The notes beneath the pieces are model-generated. The model ran no database searches, was not told where the DNA came from, and was given only the letters and a program-made list of their open reading frames with translations. A stretch of DNA of 64,000 nt, from the NCBI GenBank assembly GCA_023391425.1, contig JAEWAX010000149.1, positions 177 to 64,176 on the forward strand. The letters run 5' to 3'. Shown here piece by piece: positions 39,363 to 49,201 of the stretch (position 1 is the first letter of the stretch; each line of letters begins with the position of its first letter). The position numbers were made by a program, and so were the translations under genes. The DNA comes from Bacillota bacterium. Lineage in GTDB: Bacteria > Bacillota > Clostridia > Acetivibrionales > DSM-1351.

Positions 39363-40061
39363 CTACCCCCAAGCCATATCACTAGCTAAAATGGCATTTT
39401 TGTTTATCTTATCTTGAAACACCAAACCATCTTTTATTGTAATGACTCTGTTTGCCGTTTCCGCGATTTGAAGGTTGTGGGTTGTAAAAAGAATTGTTAT
39501 ACCAAATGTGTTTTTTAATGTGTGCAAAAGATCTACAACCTTTTTGCTATTGGCTTCATCAAGGGAACCAGTGGCTTCGTCACAAAATAAAATGCTAGGT
39601 TTTTTAATAACAGCTCGTGCTATTGCGATTCTCTGTTGTTGCCCTCCAGACAACTGAGCCGGAAACTTATCAAGTATTGTATCAATTTCTAGCAGACCAG
39701 TTAATGTGTCAAAAGGTAGTGGCACTGAGGATGGAGCTATTCCTATCAGAATATTTTCGCGAGCCGTAAGGTTGTTAAGTAACAGGTAGTTTTGAAAAAT
39801 GTTTCCTACTTCCCCACGCTTCCAGTCAGCAAGCTGTCCTTCTGACATACAAGTTATATCCTTACCTTTATAATACACCTTGCCTGATGTAGGTTTAAGT
39901 AATCCTGACATTACATTAAGAAGCGTCGTTTTACCGGAGCCGCTAGGTCCCAGTATAGCAGTAAAAGTGTCTTCTTCTATTCCTAAACTGATACCACGCA
40001 ATACTGCTTCATTATTGTTGAACTCTTTTTTTATATTTTCTGCTGTTATTATAAGTCCCAA
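39363..40061 (-). CDS. ABC transporter ATP-binding protein (MacB/LolD-like)
   Basis: Walker A GPSGSGKTT, signature LSGGQQQRIAIARA, Walker B ILFCDEATGSLD. TTG start with AAGGAG 9 nt upstream. Confidence 0.88.
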   Translation of the reverse strand: MGLIITAENIKKEFNNNEAVLRGISLGIEEDTFTAILGPSGSGKTTLLNVMSGLLKPTSGKVYYKGKDITCMSEGQLADWKRGEVGNIFQNYLLLNNLTARENILIGIAPSSVPLPFDTLTGLLEIDTILDKFPAQLSGGQQQRIAIARAVIKKPSILFCDEATGSLDEANSKKVVDLLHTLKNTFGITILFTTHNLQIAETANRVITIKDGLVFQDKINKNAILASDMAWG

Positions 40062-40080
40062 CTCATCAATCTCCTTTTAG

Positions 40081-40491
40081 CTAAGTATTATTCTCAATTT
40101 TCTTTGCGTTCCGAAGTTTTAGCTGATCATTAATGATGGAAATATCGTCTTTAATGCGAAAAATATCGATAAGGCAGCCTATAATATAAACCACTATACC
40201 TATAAGCACGATAACCCATAAAGGGGGATTGATAAACCATTTGAATACGAAGCCAAATGTCAATAATATTCCCAAAATATACCCAATTTCAATAGCTACT
40301 TCAATGATGAAGTATTCACTTTCAATCTTTCGTACAAAAATCAAACCAACATGAATAAGGATATTTACAAGCAAGACTTGATAGACGCTTGTTAAACACA
40401 GAAAATTTGCCTGATATAGAGAAGCAACCATAGTAAGTATGATTAATGTCAATCCCGTTGTTGCAAAACAATTTGTAATCATTTTTTTCAT
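40081..40491 (-). CDS. DUF3021-like small membrane protein
   Basis: 136 aa with 4 TMs. It is positioned directly after a LytTR-only gene, the usual LytTR/DUF3021 pairing in Firmicutes. Confidence 0.6.
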   Translation of the reverse strand: MKKMITNCFATTGLTLIILTMVASLYQANFLCLTSVYQVLLVNILIHVGLIFVRKIESEYFIIEVAIEIGYILGILLTFGFVFKWFINPPLWVIVLIGIVVYIIGCLIDIFRIKDDISIINDQLKLRNAKKIENNT

Positions 40492-40496
40492 ATTGC

Positions 40497-40937
40497 CTAC
40501 CTCCCAAGTAATTTCTCTTTAATATTTGCAACAAACTTCCTTGTTACATTAATCCGTTCTCCATTTGATAAAGTAGCTTCCATCCGACTATTCGCCAAGG
40601 GACGTATGCTTACCAATACATTAATATTGATTACACATGATTTGCTGACCTGCACAAAACTAGGAAATTGAAATTCATCCATTAACTGATATAGGCGATA
40701 TTCAGTACGGTATACTGATTTTTCACAATATACAAAAGTCTTTTTATCAACACTTTCTATGTAGTAAATATCTGATACATTGACCCATATTTCACGTTGT
40801 TCAGAATTGCATTTCACTGTACTGTCAATAGATTTCACAAGAGCTACCAACCTTTTGATAGTAGCATTCATTCGAGAGTACTTAATTAAAACTTCAATAT
40901 CTTCTTGGCTTAGGTTTTCCTCCAACTTAACAATCAT
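40497..40937 (-). CDS. LytTR-family DNA-binding protein (no receiver domain)
   Basis: 146 aa. The LytTR domain pattern is IWVNVSDIYYIESVDKKTFVYCEKSVYRTEYRLYQLMDEF...FVQVSKSCVININ. Confidence 0.8.
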   Translation of the reverse strand: MIVKLEENLSQEDIEVLIKYSRMNATIKRLVALVKSIDSTVKCNSEQREIWVNVSDIYYIESVDKKTFVYCEKSVYRTEYRLYQLMDEFQFPSFVQVSKSCVININVLVSIRPLANSRMEATLSNGERINVTRKFVANIKEKLLGR

Positions 40938-40991
40938 TTTTAATATACCTCCAGTATAAGAACTGTATCATGGGGTTGCAATAGCTGTGTG

Positions 40992-41025
40992 ACTGACATG
41001 CAAATATGCGTAACTGTCATGCAAA
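40992..41025 (-). promoter_or_regulatory. Candidate LytTR operator: two 13-bp direct repeats 21 bp apart
   Basis: ACTGACATGCAAA (40992-41004) and ACTGTCATGCAAA (41013-41025), a 12/13 match. They lie 55-90 nt upstream of the LytTR gene start. LytTR regulators classically bind direct repeats spaced about two helical turns apart. Confidence 0.4.
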
Positions 41026-41070
41026 ACCTTCCATTCTTTATAGTTATAACTAATATTATATACTGTTAAG

Positions 41071-41107
41071 AAAATAAAAAGAGAGACTATTTTTGAAAAA
41101 CAGTCCC
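41071..41107 (-). terminator. Intrinsic terminator after the GH94 gene
   Basis: On the minus strand, GGGACTGTTTTT..AAAAATAGTCTC (with G.U pairs) is followed by TCTTTTTATTTTC. Confidence 0.55.
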
Positions 41108-41196
41108 TTTTCTTATTTATTATTTGTTATTCAGTTTTAGTCTTTATATAGTCTTGTACGGTTGAAAACGTTGATTGCCAAAGCATTACGTTATAC

Positions 41197-43551
41197 CTAT
41201 TTCATTAGTATTATAACATTATGTGATGTCCCTGCTTCAAATACAGGTATCTTCTTAACCTCTGTACCATCTACAGTTATTTTTGCCACACCTGTGTTAA
41301 CTCTATTTGGATTCTGTACCTCAATATTGTAAGTTGCACCTCTAAATACTCTGGTTGCCTTAAAACCTTGCCAATCAGACGGAATACATGGGTCAACAAT
41401 CAAGCAATCATAATGAGCCTTTATCCCTAAAATATACTGGCTGGAAGCTACCATATTCCATGCTGCTGTACCTGAAAGCCATGAATTTCTACCTATACCG
41501 AATTGAGGATGCTCTTTTCCTAATATATTTTGGCAATATACATAGGGTTCTACCTCGTACAACTCAGCGTCGTCATTTCTCTTGCCAGGAAGTATTTGGC
41601 TATAATAATCAAATGCCTTATCTCCATGTCCAAGCATTATTTCTGAAATCATTACCCAAGGATTAGTATGTAGGAATATTCCCCCATTTTCTTTTGTTCC
41701 TGGTGGATAGGTAGTAACGCCTCCCTTGGTATCATCGTGTTCTGTGTATGAGGGATACATTGTAGCTATTCCAAACTTAGAATCCAAGTATTTTTCAACT
41801 GACCTCATGCATTTTTCAGCCTTTTCGCTATCAGCGACCTTGCCCATTATAGCCCATGACTGAGAGTTTATAAATATTTTACCAAACTTGTTTTCTTTAG
41901 ACCCAATTGGTTCTCCATTATCGTCAAATGCTCGCTTATACCATTCCCCGTCCCAACTGCTATCATTAATGGCATTCTTCATTTCCACAAACATAGAAGC
42001 ATACTTTGAGCAAAGCTCTTGGTTTTTTATGTGCTCGCATAATTCAGTCATCTCTACAGCCGCTCTACAATACAACATAGATGTGAATACACTCTCAGCA
42101 ATGCCTTTACCTGTATCAAGATTCAGCGTATCATTCCAGTCTGCACGTCCAGCTAAAGCTATATTGTTAGGCCCTCTATTGTTATGGGTAAATTCCATGG
42201 CCAAATCCAAATGCTCCATTACTGATGCTGAAGTAGTCTTGTCATTGTACAAAACATTTTCCTTTAGGAATTCAAAATCACCAGTCTCCTTCACATAAGC
42301 ATTTACAGCCAATATCAGCCACAAGTGGTCATCAGAATACCAATCAAATTTCTTGACTGGTGCATCTCCCTGTCCACCCTCTCCAGTAAGTGGGAAGAAC
42401 AGATGATATACTCTACCATCAGTATATTGGCTTTTCAAAAGCTTTATTATAAGTTGTTTTGCTTCACCAGGTATAGTATGCATAACACCTAAAGTATCCT
42501 GTGCGCTATCACGTATTCCCATTCCTCTTCCCAAGCCAAGCTGGTAAAGAGAAACAAAACGCGACCAGTTAAATGTAGTTTTACACTGATACTGATTCCA
42601 TATATTCACGAATAGATTCATGTCTTCATCAGGTGTATCTGCACTTAAGTTGCCAGTATAATCTCTCCAATAATCTTTCAAGCGTTCCAAAGCTGCTTTT
42701 GCATTTTTAGGAGATAAATAATCTTTTATATCTTTTTTTATGTCTTTCCTGTCTTCTGCAAAGCCTAGAACAAATACCATTTCACGCTCTTCATTTGGCT
42801 CTAAATCAGCATCAATACAGAAGGCACCAACACCATTTGTTCTATAGGATATTGAGTTACTGCAAGCACCTTGTTCAACCGCTAGTGGATTGCTCTCAGA
42901 CCTATACTTTCCGATAAAGGTTTCAAGATTTGTATCATAACTGCTAACCTTCTCCCCAGTTGCAAAGAAGGAAGCATTATCACTTATGTAGTGTGGATAG
43001 TATGTGATAATACCATCATTAAATCTACATTGATTTATTTGCTGAACCCAATCCACATTTTGCTGATCCATTACTGCTTTCCAAAAACAAAATTCAGAGT
43101 AAGCGTAAACTTGGAGTTTTTGGGCTGCACCACGAGTATTTGATAACTTTACATGCCAAATTTCAAAATTTTTATCATCTGGAACAAAGTATGTTACCTC
43201 ACCAATTACACCTTGGTATTCACCAGTCAAAACGGTGTAGCCCATACCATGTCTACAGGTGTAACTATCAAGCTTCCTTTGAACTGGCTGATAGCCAGGA
43301 TTCCAATACTCTCCATTGTCTTTATTTCGGATATAAATATATCTTCCTGGTCTATCCATTGGTATACTGTTATATCTATATCTTGTTACACGTCTGTTTT
43401 CGGGATCCTTGTGGAAGCTATACCCTCCTCCAGTATTTGATACTATACCACCGTAGATACCACTTCCTATATAATTTATCCATGGGGTTGGTGTATCTGG
43501 TCTAGTCACCACATACTCTTTATTCTTCTTATCAAAATACCCGTATCTCAT
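41197..43551 (-). CDS. GH94 glycoside phosphorylase (cellobiose phosphorylase-like)
   Basis: About 784 aa. MRYGYFDKKNKEYVVTRPDTPTPWINYIG, RYRYNSIPMDRPGRY, NIWNQYQC, GRADWNDTLN and the C-terminal GVAKITVDG parallel cellobiose/chitobiose phosphorylases. The ATG at 43551 follows GGAGGAGGA. Confidence 0.85.
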   Translation of the reverse strand: MRYGYFDKKNKEYVVTRPDTPTPWINYIGSGIYGGIVSNTGGGYSFHKDPENRRVTRYRYNSIPMDRPGRYIYIRNKDNGEYWNPGYQPVQRKLDSYTCRHGMGYTVLTGEYQGVIGEVTYFVPDDKNFEIWHVKLSNTRGAAQKLQVYAYSEFCFWKAVMDQQNVDWVQQINQCRFNDGIITYYPHYISDNASFFATGEKVSSYDTNLETFIGKYRSESNPLAVEQGACSNSISYRTNGVGAFCIDADLEPNEEREMVFVLGFAEDRKDIKKDIKDYLSPKNAKAALERLKDYWRDYTGNLSADTPDEDMNLFVNIWNQYQCKTTFNWSRFVSLYQLGLGRGMGIRDSAQDTLGVMHTIPGEAKQLIIKLLKSQYTDGRVYHLFFPLTGEGGQGDAPVKKFDWYSDDHLWLILAVNAYVKETGDFEFLKENVLYNDKTTSASVMEHLDLAMEFTHNNRGPNNIALAGRADWNDTLNLDTGKGIAESVFTSMLYCRAAVEMTELCEHIKNQELCSKYASMFVEMKNAINDSSWDGEWYKRAFDDNGEPIGSKENKFGKIFINSQSWAIMGKVADSEKAEKCMRSVEKYLDSKFGIATMYPSYTEHDDTKGGVTTYPPGTKENGGIFLHTNPWVMISEIMLGHGDKAFDYYSQILPGKRNDDAELYEVEPYVYCQNILGKEHPQFGIGRNSWLSGTAAWNMVASSQYILGIKAHYDCLIVDPCIPSDWQGFKATRVFRGATYNIEVQNPNRVNTGVAKITVDGTEVKKIPVFEAGTSHNVIILMK

Positions 43552-43573
43552 TACATCCTCCTCCACTTAATTA

Positions 43574-43587
43574 TGGGAGCGTTCCCA
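43574..43587. promoter_or_regulatory. LacI-family operator candidate TGGGAGCGTTCCCA
   Basis: 14-bp palindrome with half-sites TGGGAGC and TGGGAAC and a central CG. It lies 23 nt upstream of the GH94 ATG, between the promoter region and the RBS. A LacI gene lies immediately upstream. Confidence 0.6.
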
Positions 43588-43719
43588 CAAAAGCTAAAAA
43601 AATATAGTTGCATATTTTAAAAGATGTGGCTATGCCATATCTTCTTTCATTACTAAGAAAATTTCAGCATTAAATCAACTAGATTTTAAAATTAAAATAT
43701 TTAAATAAAAAATTTACAA

Positions 43720-43775
43720 AACTAAATTGAAATAACTAAATTAAAATAACTAAATTGAAATAACTACGCCTAAAT
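43720..43775. repeat. Tandem 14-bp repeat AACTAAATTRAAAT x3.5
   Basis: aactaaattgaaat / aactaaattaaaat / aactaaattgaaat / aactacgcctaaatt, located between the lacI-family stop and the GH94 promoter region. Confidence 0.8.
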
Positions 43776-43799
43776 TATTTATATCAAATAAGCTTTAAG

Positions 43800-44831
43800 T
43801 TAATATGCTTCACTGCTGATTTCTCTTTTACAGCAAGACTCTCCATAATAAATTTCAGTATCAAACGAAATAACTTTGGGTTCTACCTCTGGGTTATTTA
43901 TATTCTCAATAATCAACTTGATAGCTGCTTGCGCGACTTTCTCTATGGGCTGTCGCATGGATGTAAGTCTAATATTTGATGGAATAAAGCGTAACATCTC
44001 ACAGATATTATCAAATCCGACAATAGACAAATCTTGTGGAACTCTTACTCCAAGCTCACTAGCCCTTTGAATAGCTTCATAGCCCTGTAAGTCATTAAAT
44101 GTAAATACCGCTGTTGGTGGTTCCTCTAAGAAAATAAGCTTTTCAACGGCCTGACTTCCAGATTTATCTCCAGCATCTGTATAAATCACATAGTCTTTGT
44201 TATAGCTAATACCATTTTCTTCAAGTGCCTCAATATATCCATTCAATCTCTCAGAAGCGGCCCTATGATTTACATTTCCAGATATATGGGCTATTTTCTT
44301 ATGCCCTAATCCAATTAAATATTCAACTGCCGTTTTTGCTCCAGAGAAATTGTTAATTATGATATTGTTTACCTTAATGTCATTAAAATGATTTTCAATT
44401 ATTACTAAAGGTAATTTAGAGTTAATAATTTTCTGCACTATCTCAGTATCTTTAACATCACTACCAAATAGAATAAGTCCATCAGCAGCTCCACCTGTAA
44501 AGTACTGAGCATACCTTAATTTTGAATTATAATCATCGTTTGAGCTACAAAAAACAACATTATAATTATATTGGGCTGCATATTTTTCCAGCAAGTTTGC
44601 TAAATTCAAATACACTGATATATTTAATACATTATAAATGACTCCTATGACCCCAGACTTCCTTGACACAAGATTTCTAGCAGCTTGGTTTGGAATATAA
44701 TTTAACTTTTCTATTGCATCAAGTACTTTTATTCGAGTATCCTCTTTCACACTCAACTGATTGTTTATTACTCTTGAAACAGTTGTCTTTGAAACACCTG
44801 CCACTCTGGCAATATCGAAAATGTTACTCAT
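43800..44831 (-). CDS. LacI-family transcriptional regulator
   Basis: HTH MSNIFDIARVAGVSKTTVSRVINN followed by a periplasmic-binding-protein-like sugar-binding fold. The ATG at 44831 follows GGAGGA. Confidence 0.88.
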   Translation of the reverse strand: MSNIFDIARVAGVSKTTVSRVINNQLSVKEDTRIKVLDAIEKLNYIPNQAARNLVSRKSGVIGVIYNVLNISVYLNLANLLEKYAAQYNYNVVFCSSNDDYNSKLRYAQYFTGGAADGLILFGSDVKDTEIVQKIINSKLPLVIIENHFNDIKVNNIIINNFSGAKTAVEYLIGLGHKKIAHISGNVNHRAASERLNGYIEALEENGISYNKDYVIYTDAGDKSGSQAVEKLIFLEEPPTAVFTFNDLQGYEAIQRASELGVRVPQDLSIVGFDNICEMLRFIPSNIRLTSMRQPIEKVAQAAIKLIIENINNPEVEPKVISFDTEIYYGESCCKREISSEAY

Positions 44832-44976
44832 AATATCCTCCATTCGCCTAATAGTAGTCAAAAACAGAGTTCTTGGAGCCAAATACTATAATGTATATTA
44901 GTTATATTTTAATGAAACTACCATTAAAGAGAATGTTCCCACTTAATAACATTGTACAACGGATTTATATACCAAT

Positions 44977-45783
44977 TCAAGTATTATCCTGTGTTTTCTG
45001 TCTAACAATTTCATAAATCATAATTGAAGCAGCTATTGATGCATTTAGGGATTCAGCCTTGCCAGGCATTGGTATTTTAACAAGTCTATCTGCCATTTTC
45101 ACCGTTTCATCGCTTATTCCATTTGCCTCATTGCCAACAATAATTGCACTTTTGCCTGTCAAATCTTCATCAAAGTAGTTATTAGGGCCATCCAAGTGTG
45201 AAGCAATAACCTTATAGCCTGATTCTTTTAGTAGTTTTATTATTTCATCTATTCTTAGTCCTTCAAATATTGGCATATGAAAAATAGAGCCCATTGTTGA
45301 ACGTAGCACCTTAGGAGAGAAAAGATCAACACAACCCTTAGTCAAAATTACTGCAGATACATTTGCAGCATCAGCCGTTCGAATAATAGTTCCAACATTT
45401 CCTGGATCCTGAAGACTATCTAATATAACTACTGAGTTTCCTTGCTCAATAACCGTATCAAAAACAAAGTCTTTCTTTTTCAATACAGCCAAAATTCCCT
45501 GTGGTGTTTGGGTATCTGATATTTCCTTAAACAGTTTTTCACTCACAAGGAAACAATCATTACACAATGCGCTAACTCTATTTAATAGTTCTTTTCCACC
45601 ATTTAAACCTTCGAGCTTATCTGAAATAACCACTTTTACAATATCTTGACCATTGTCAATAGCATCGCTTACAAATCTTATTCCTTCAACAAAATAAAGG
45701 TTCTCTGCATCTCTATTCTTTTTCAGATGTAAAGCCTTTATTTCTTTTATTGTATTGTTTTGACTGCTGGATATATAGTTCAT
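44977..45783 (-). CDS. TrmH/SpoU-family RNA 2'-O-methyltransferase
   Basis: 268 aa with SpoU motifs LQDPGNVGTIIRTADA, VGNEANGIS and IPMPGKAESLNASIAASIMIYE. Confidence 0.85.
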   Translation of the reverse strand: MNYISSSQNNTIKEIKALHLKKNRDAENLYFVEGIRFVSDAIDNGQDIVKVVISDKLEGLNGGKELLNRVSALCNDCFLVSEKLFKEISDTQTPQGILAVLKKKDFVFDTVIEQGNSVVILDSLQDPGNVGTIIRTADAANVSAVILTKGCVDLFSPKVLRSTMGSIFHMPIFEGLRIDEIIKLLKESGYKVIASHLDGPNNYFDEDLTGKSAIIVGNEANGISDETVKMADRLVKIPMPGKAESLNASIAASIMIYEIVRQKTQDNT

Positions 45784-45978
45784 TTATAGCATTTCCCCCG
45801 ATATATAACGTTGATTCTGTTGTAAAAGCGAAATTTCTATGTACTAAAAGTTTTAAAAAGCTCTGTTTAAGAATAGTGCTGTTATTAGCTATAATATTAT
45901 CTAGATATATATGTTTAACTTCAAAAAAATTACATTTTAAAATGTTGTGAATTATCAGGATTGATTTATATGTTATTA

Positions 45979-46518
45979 TCACCAAAATTCATAATGAACT
46001 ATATCTTCAATCTTCTTTCTTGGACGGGCTTTAGGGGTTTCATTCGGATAGCCAACAGTTATAACTCCTACTACATATTTATCGGAAGGTATATTTAAGA
46101 CTGGTCTAATTTCTTCTTGTGTAAACTCTGCAACCCAGCAAACTCCTAGTCCTAAATTATTGGCTTGTAGCAACATGTATCCTGCTGAAATTGAGGTATC
46201 TCTAATTATTCGTTTCACTTCATCTTGTGGACTATTATCATCTAAATATACCTCTATATCTTCTTTTATTCTACAACGCACATCTGCAACACATACAATA
46301 AAAACAGGTGCTGTTAGCATCCATTTTTGATTATGAGAAGCCTCCATTACTTTTCGTCTATTTTCTTCAGATTTTACTACTATATAGTGCCAAGGCTGTG
46401 TGTTACTACCTGATGGAGCTAGCCTTGCACTTTCCAGCAGTTCAGTTATTTTTTCATTTTCAACTTGTTTGTCAATATAATTTCTTATGCTTCTACGCAT
46501 TTCAATTTCTTTAATCAT
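45979..46518 (-). CDS. Nitroreductase family protein
   Basis: 179 aa. RRSIRNY and LESARLAPSGSNTQPWHYIVV are typical FMN nitroreductase motifs. Confidence 0.85.
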   Translation of the reverse strand: MIKEIEMRRSIRNYIDKQVENEKITELLESARLAPSGSNTQPWHYIVVKSEENRRKVMEASHNQKWMLTAPVFIVCVADVRCRIKEDIEVYLDDNSPQDEVKRIIRDTSISAGYMLLQANNLGLGVCWVAEFTQEEIRPVLNIPSDKYVVGVITVGYPNETPKARPRKKIEDIVHYEFW

Positions 46519-46631
46519 ATATTTATTCCCCCTTACTCTGATAATATTTTAGTACATATTATTTTACAATTATATCTTTATTTCATTAAATAATACACTA
46601 ATATTTCTTTCAATATTCTTTTTATTTTACT

Positions 46632-47345
46632 CTAATTCCTTAAGGCCTTAATTACGCTTTCAATTGTTAAACAATCTACATCTATAAACTCTTCCCTCTC
46701 ATGAATATTCCATAGGTGGTGTGCATCTGATGAATATATTCTTTTCATAGTGCTTATTTTATTATCCTTAGACAGTACTATATCATCAGTCTTTTTATCA
46801 CTGATTTCAACACATTTGATGTCAATATCTTTAGGCATAGCTCCTAAGTTTGAGAGTATGGAATTGGATTTTCTGTCTATATGAGCAGGGATTGCAAGCC
46901 CACCTAGTTTCTGGTTCACAACCTGAAATACTTCATTAATGGTAATAGAAGTTGAGGTTAAAAGCAGCCTAGCTTCCTTTCCAATCAACTCATCATTCTC
47001 ATCTAGAATAAGCTGTTCTCCAAAAATATCTTCTTTATTTCTGATATTTGGCAACCTTGCGTAAACCAAGTTTTGCATTTCTGCTGCTTTTTCAGTATTG
47101 GGGAACAAGCATACAACATGTATCTCCTCTGCAGTCTCTATCTCCATTGCTGGAATTACAAGTAATGAAGTATTTTTCGCGCAGTTGGATATTGCCTGTA
47201 CATTCGCACAAGAATTATGATCAGTTATTGCTATGACATCCAACCCCTTCAATATACTCATATTAACTATATTATTTGGTGTCATATCATTATCTGCGCA
47301 AGGAGATAATGAGGAATGTATATGTAAGTCATATGCAATGTTCAA
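46632..47345 (-). CDS. PHP-domain phosphoesterase (HfsD-like)
   Basis: 237 aa. DLHIHSSLSPCADNDMTP and ITDHNS are PHP metal-binding motifs. Confidence 0.8.
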   Translation of the reverse strand: MNIAYDLHIHSSLSPCADNDMTPNNIVNMSILKGLDVIAITDHNSCANVQAISNCAKNTSLLVIPAMEIETAEEIHVVCLFPNTEKAAEMQNLVYARLPNIRNKEDIFGEQLILDENDELIGKEARLLLTSTSITINEVFQVVNQKLGGLAIPAHIDRKSNSILSNLGAMPKDIDIKCVEISDKKTDDIVLSKDNKISTMKRIYSSDAHHLWNIHEREEFIDVDCLTIESVIKALRN

Positions 47346-47466
47346 ACCATTCCTCCCAAACCACAGTAATTTTAATCTCAGCGTGGTACTAATATATGGT
47401 GCTGCGAAACTATTATTAACATCAATTTAATTTTAAAGCTTATTTGTTAATAACACTCTATCTGAG

Positions 47467-47799
47467 CTAAGTCTTGTCCAACATTCTCTTGCATATCTCA
47501 AAAGAATTGTATTGTGAGCTAATAATTATGATTCCGTTTTCGTTTGCCTTTTTTAGCGTGAGTTCTTCAATTTCAATGCCTTCAGGAATAATTACACAAG
47601 CGACGTCAGTCATCATAGCGACAGCTGGTACATTTACATTTGTAAGTACAGTAATCCATGCATCACCTTTTTGTGCATGAGACATAACCCAGCTAAGTAA
47701 ATCACAAATATATACATTGTCTATTTTTAAGTCATTTATATTAGTACTTTGTGTTACTATCTTTCCATCTATTTTCGTAATAAATTCCTCAATGAACAT
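47467..47799 (-). CDS. DRTGG-domain protein
   Basis: 110 aa, similar in pattern to the 49654..49998 product (LLSWVMSHAQKGDAWITVLTNVNVPAVAMM compared with LMSDVMAYVTQNVVLLTGLINLQVIRTAEMM). Confidence 0.6.
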   Translation of the reverse strand: MFIEEFITKIDGKIVTQSTNINDLKIDNVYICDLLSWVMSHAQKGDAWITVLTNVNVPAVAMMTDVACVIIPEGIEIEELTLKKANENGIIIISSQYNSFEICKRMLDKT

Positions 47800-47844
47800 A
47801 TACTACCTCCATTAGCCACATATCGGCCACGAAATATAATCACA

Positions 47845-49158
47845 TTATACAATCGTATCTTTATCCATTACAGGAGGCATTTTCCCTCCTAAGTCCACCA
47901 TTTCTTTTGCCAAGTCTCTAATACGTTCTCTCAACTTGAAAATACAATCTGTTTCATTTGCAATTTCCCTTACAATATCCTCTGCCAATGCGCGACAGTT
48001 TGGTGCGCCACACGCACCACAATCCAATCCAGGCAACTCAGTGTATATCTTTTCAAGTTTTTCTAACTTCACCATAGCCTTTGAAAAGTCCTTATCAAGC
48101 TTCATAACAGGTTTATATTCAACATTAGATGTCCAGACAAGTTCCTCATAGCTATTTTTATCATTACTCACAGCGCCTCTTTTTGAAGCTTCCTTCATAT
48201 GCTTTTTGAGTGTTGTCTTGGCTACAAACACATTTGCTACTGTTAGTGGCCCACCCAAACAGCCTCCGGAGCATGAAAGCGCTTCAACAAAATCAACATC
48301 ATTAAGCCTATCTTCCTCAATCTCATCGAATATTTTTATAATATTGTGAATACCATCAACAGCTAGTACTTTATCTGTTCCCAAAGCCCCACTTTCTCCG
48401 CCTGAATTGGCCCAGTCTATTCCCTCTACTCCTGCCTCTGTTAATTTGGTATTGTTATTAAGATTACTTAAAACTGATAATATTTTAATATAGATATCCT
48501 TAATTGAAATAACACCATCAACATAGGATTTTTGTTTTTCGTATGGAGCCTTTACACTTGTGACCTTTGCGGCACATGGAGAAATAAAAAATACACCTAT
48601 ATCCTCCATAGCTATTTTTTGTTTATTATGTAGCTCATTTTTTACAATTTTTGCAGCAACCTCCATAGGTGATTCTAGCTTAACGATATTATCAATTAGG
48701 CTAGGAAATCTTACTTGTATAAGCCTTACAGCAGCAGGGCATGCTGATGATATCATCGGTTTTTTTATATTAGGGTTCTTTAGTAGCTGCCTAGTGGCTT
48801 CACTAACTATTTCTGCCGCACGAGCAACCTCATATACGTAATCAAAACCAATTAATTTGAGTGCATTTAAGATGTTATTTCTTGAATACTTCTTATCAAA
48901 TTGTCCATAGAGTGACGGAGCAGGTACAACAACTTTATATTTAAACTCATTAATTATATCCAAACTATCGCTAATAGCAGTTTTTGCATGATATGGGCAT
49001 ACACGTATGCACTCACCACAGTCTATACAACGCTCATTGATTATTCGAGCTTTGCTTTTTCGCACTCGGATTGCCTCAGTAGGACAACGTTTGATACAGT
49101 TAGTGCACCCTCTACATTTGTCTTTGTCAAGATTAACAGAATGAAAATACTCTTTCAT
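47845..49158 (-). CDS. [FeFe]-hydrogenase-like Fe-S protein (putative sensory, HfsA/B-like)
   Basis: 2x[4Fe-4S] (CRGCTNCIKRCP, CIDCGECIRVCP). H-cluster-like motifs SSACPAAV, ISPCAAKVT and ALSCSGGCLGGPL. C-terminal Fe-S motif LDCGACGAPNCRALAEDI. The ATG at 49158 follows GGAGG. Confidence 0.8.
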   Translation of the reverse strand: MKEYFHSVNLDKDKCRGCTNCIKRCPTEAIRVRKSKARIINERCIDCGECIRVCPYHAKTAISDSLDIINEFKYKVVVPAPSLYGQFDKKYSRNNILNALKLIGFDYVYEVARAAEIVSEATRQLLKNPNIKKPMISSACPAAVRLIQVRFPSLIDNIVKLESPMEVAAKIVKNELHNKQKIAMEDIGVFFISPCAAKVTSVKAPYEKQKSYVDGVISIKDIYIKILSVLSNLNNNTKLTEAGVEGIDWANSGGESGALGTDKVLAVDGIHNIIKIFDEIEEDRLNDVDFVEALSCSGGCLGGPLTVANVFVAKTTLKKHMKEASKRGAVSNDKNSYEELVWTSNVEYKPVMKLDKDFSKAMVKLEKLEKIYTELPGLDCGACGAPNCRALAEDIVREIANETDCIFKLRERIRDLAKEMVDLGGKMPPVMDKDTIV

Positions 49159-49201
49159 AGCAACCTCCATAATTCATAGAAAAAAATGTAGCATATAGAA
49201 G

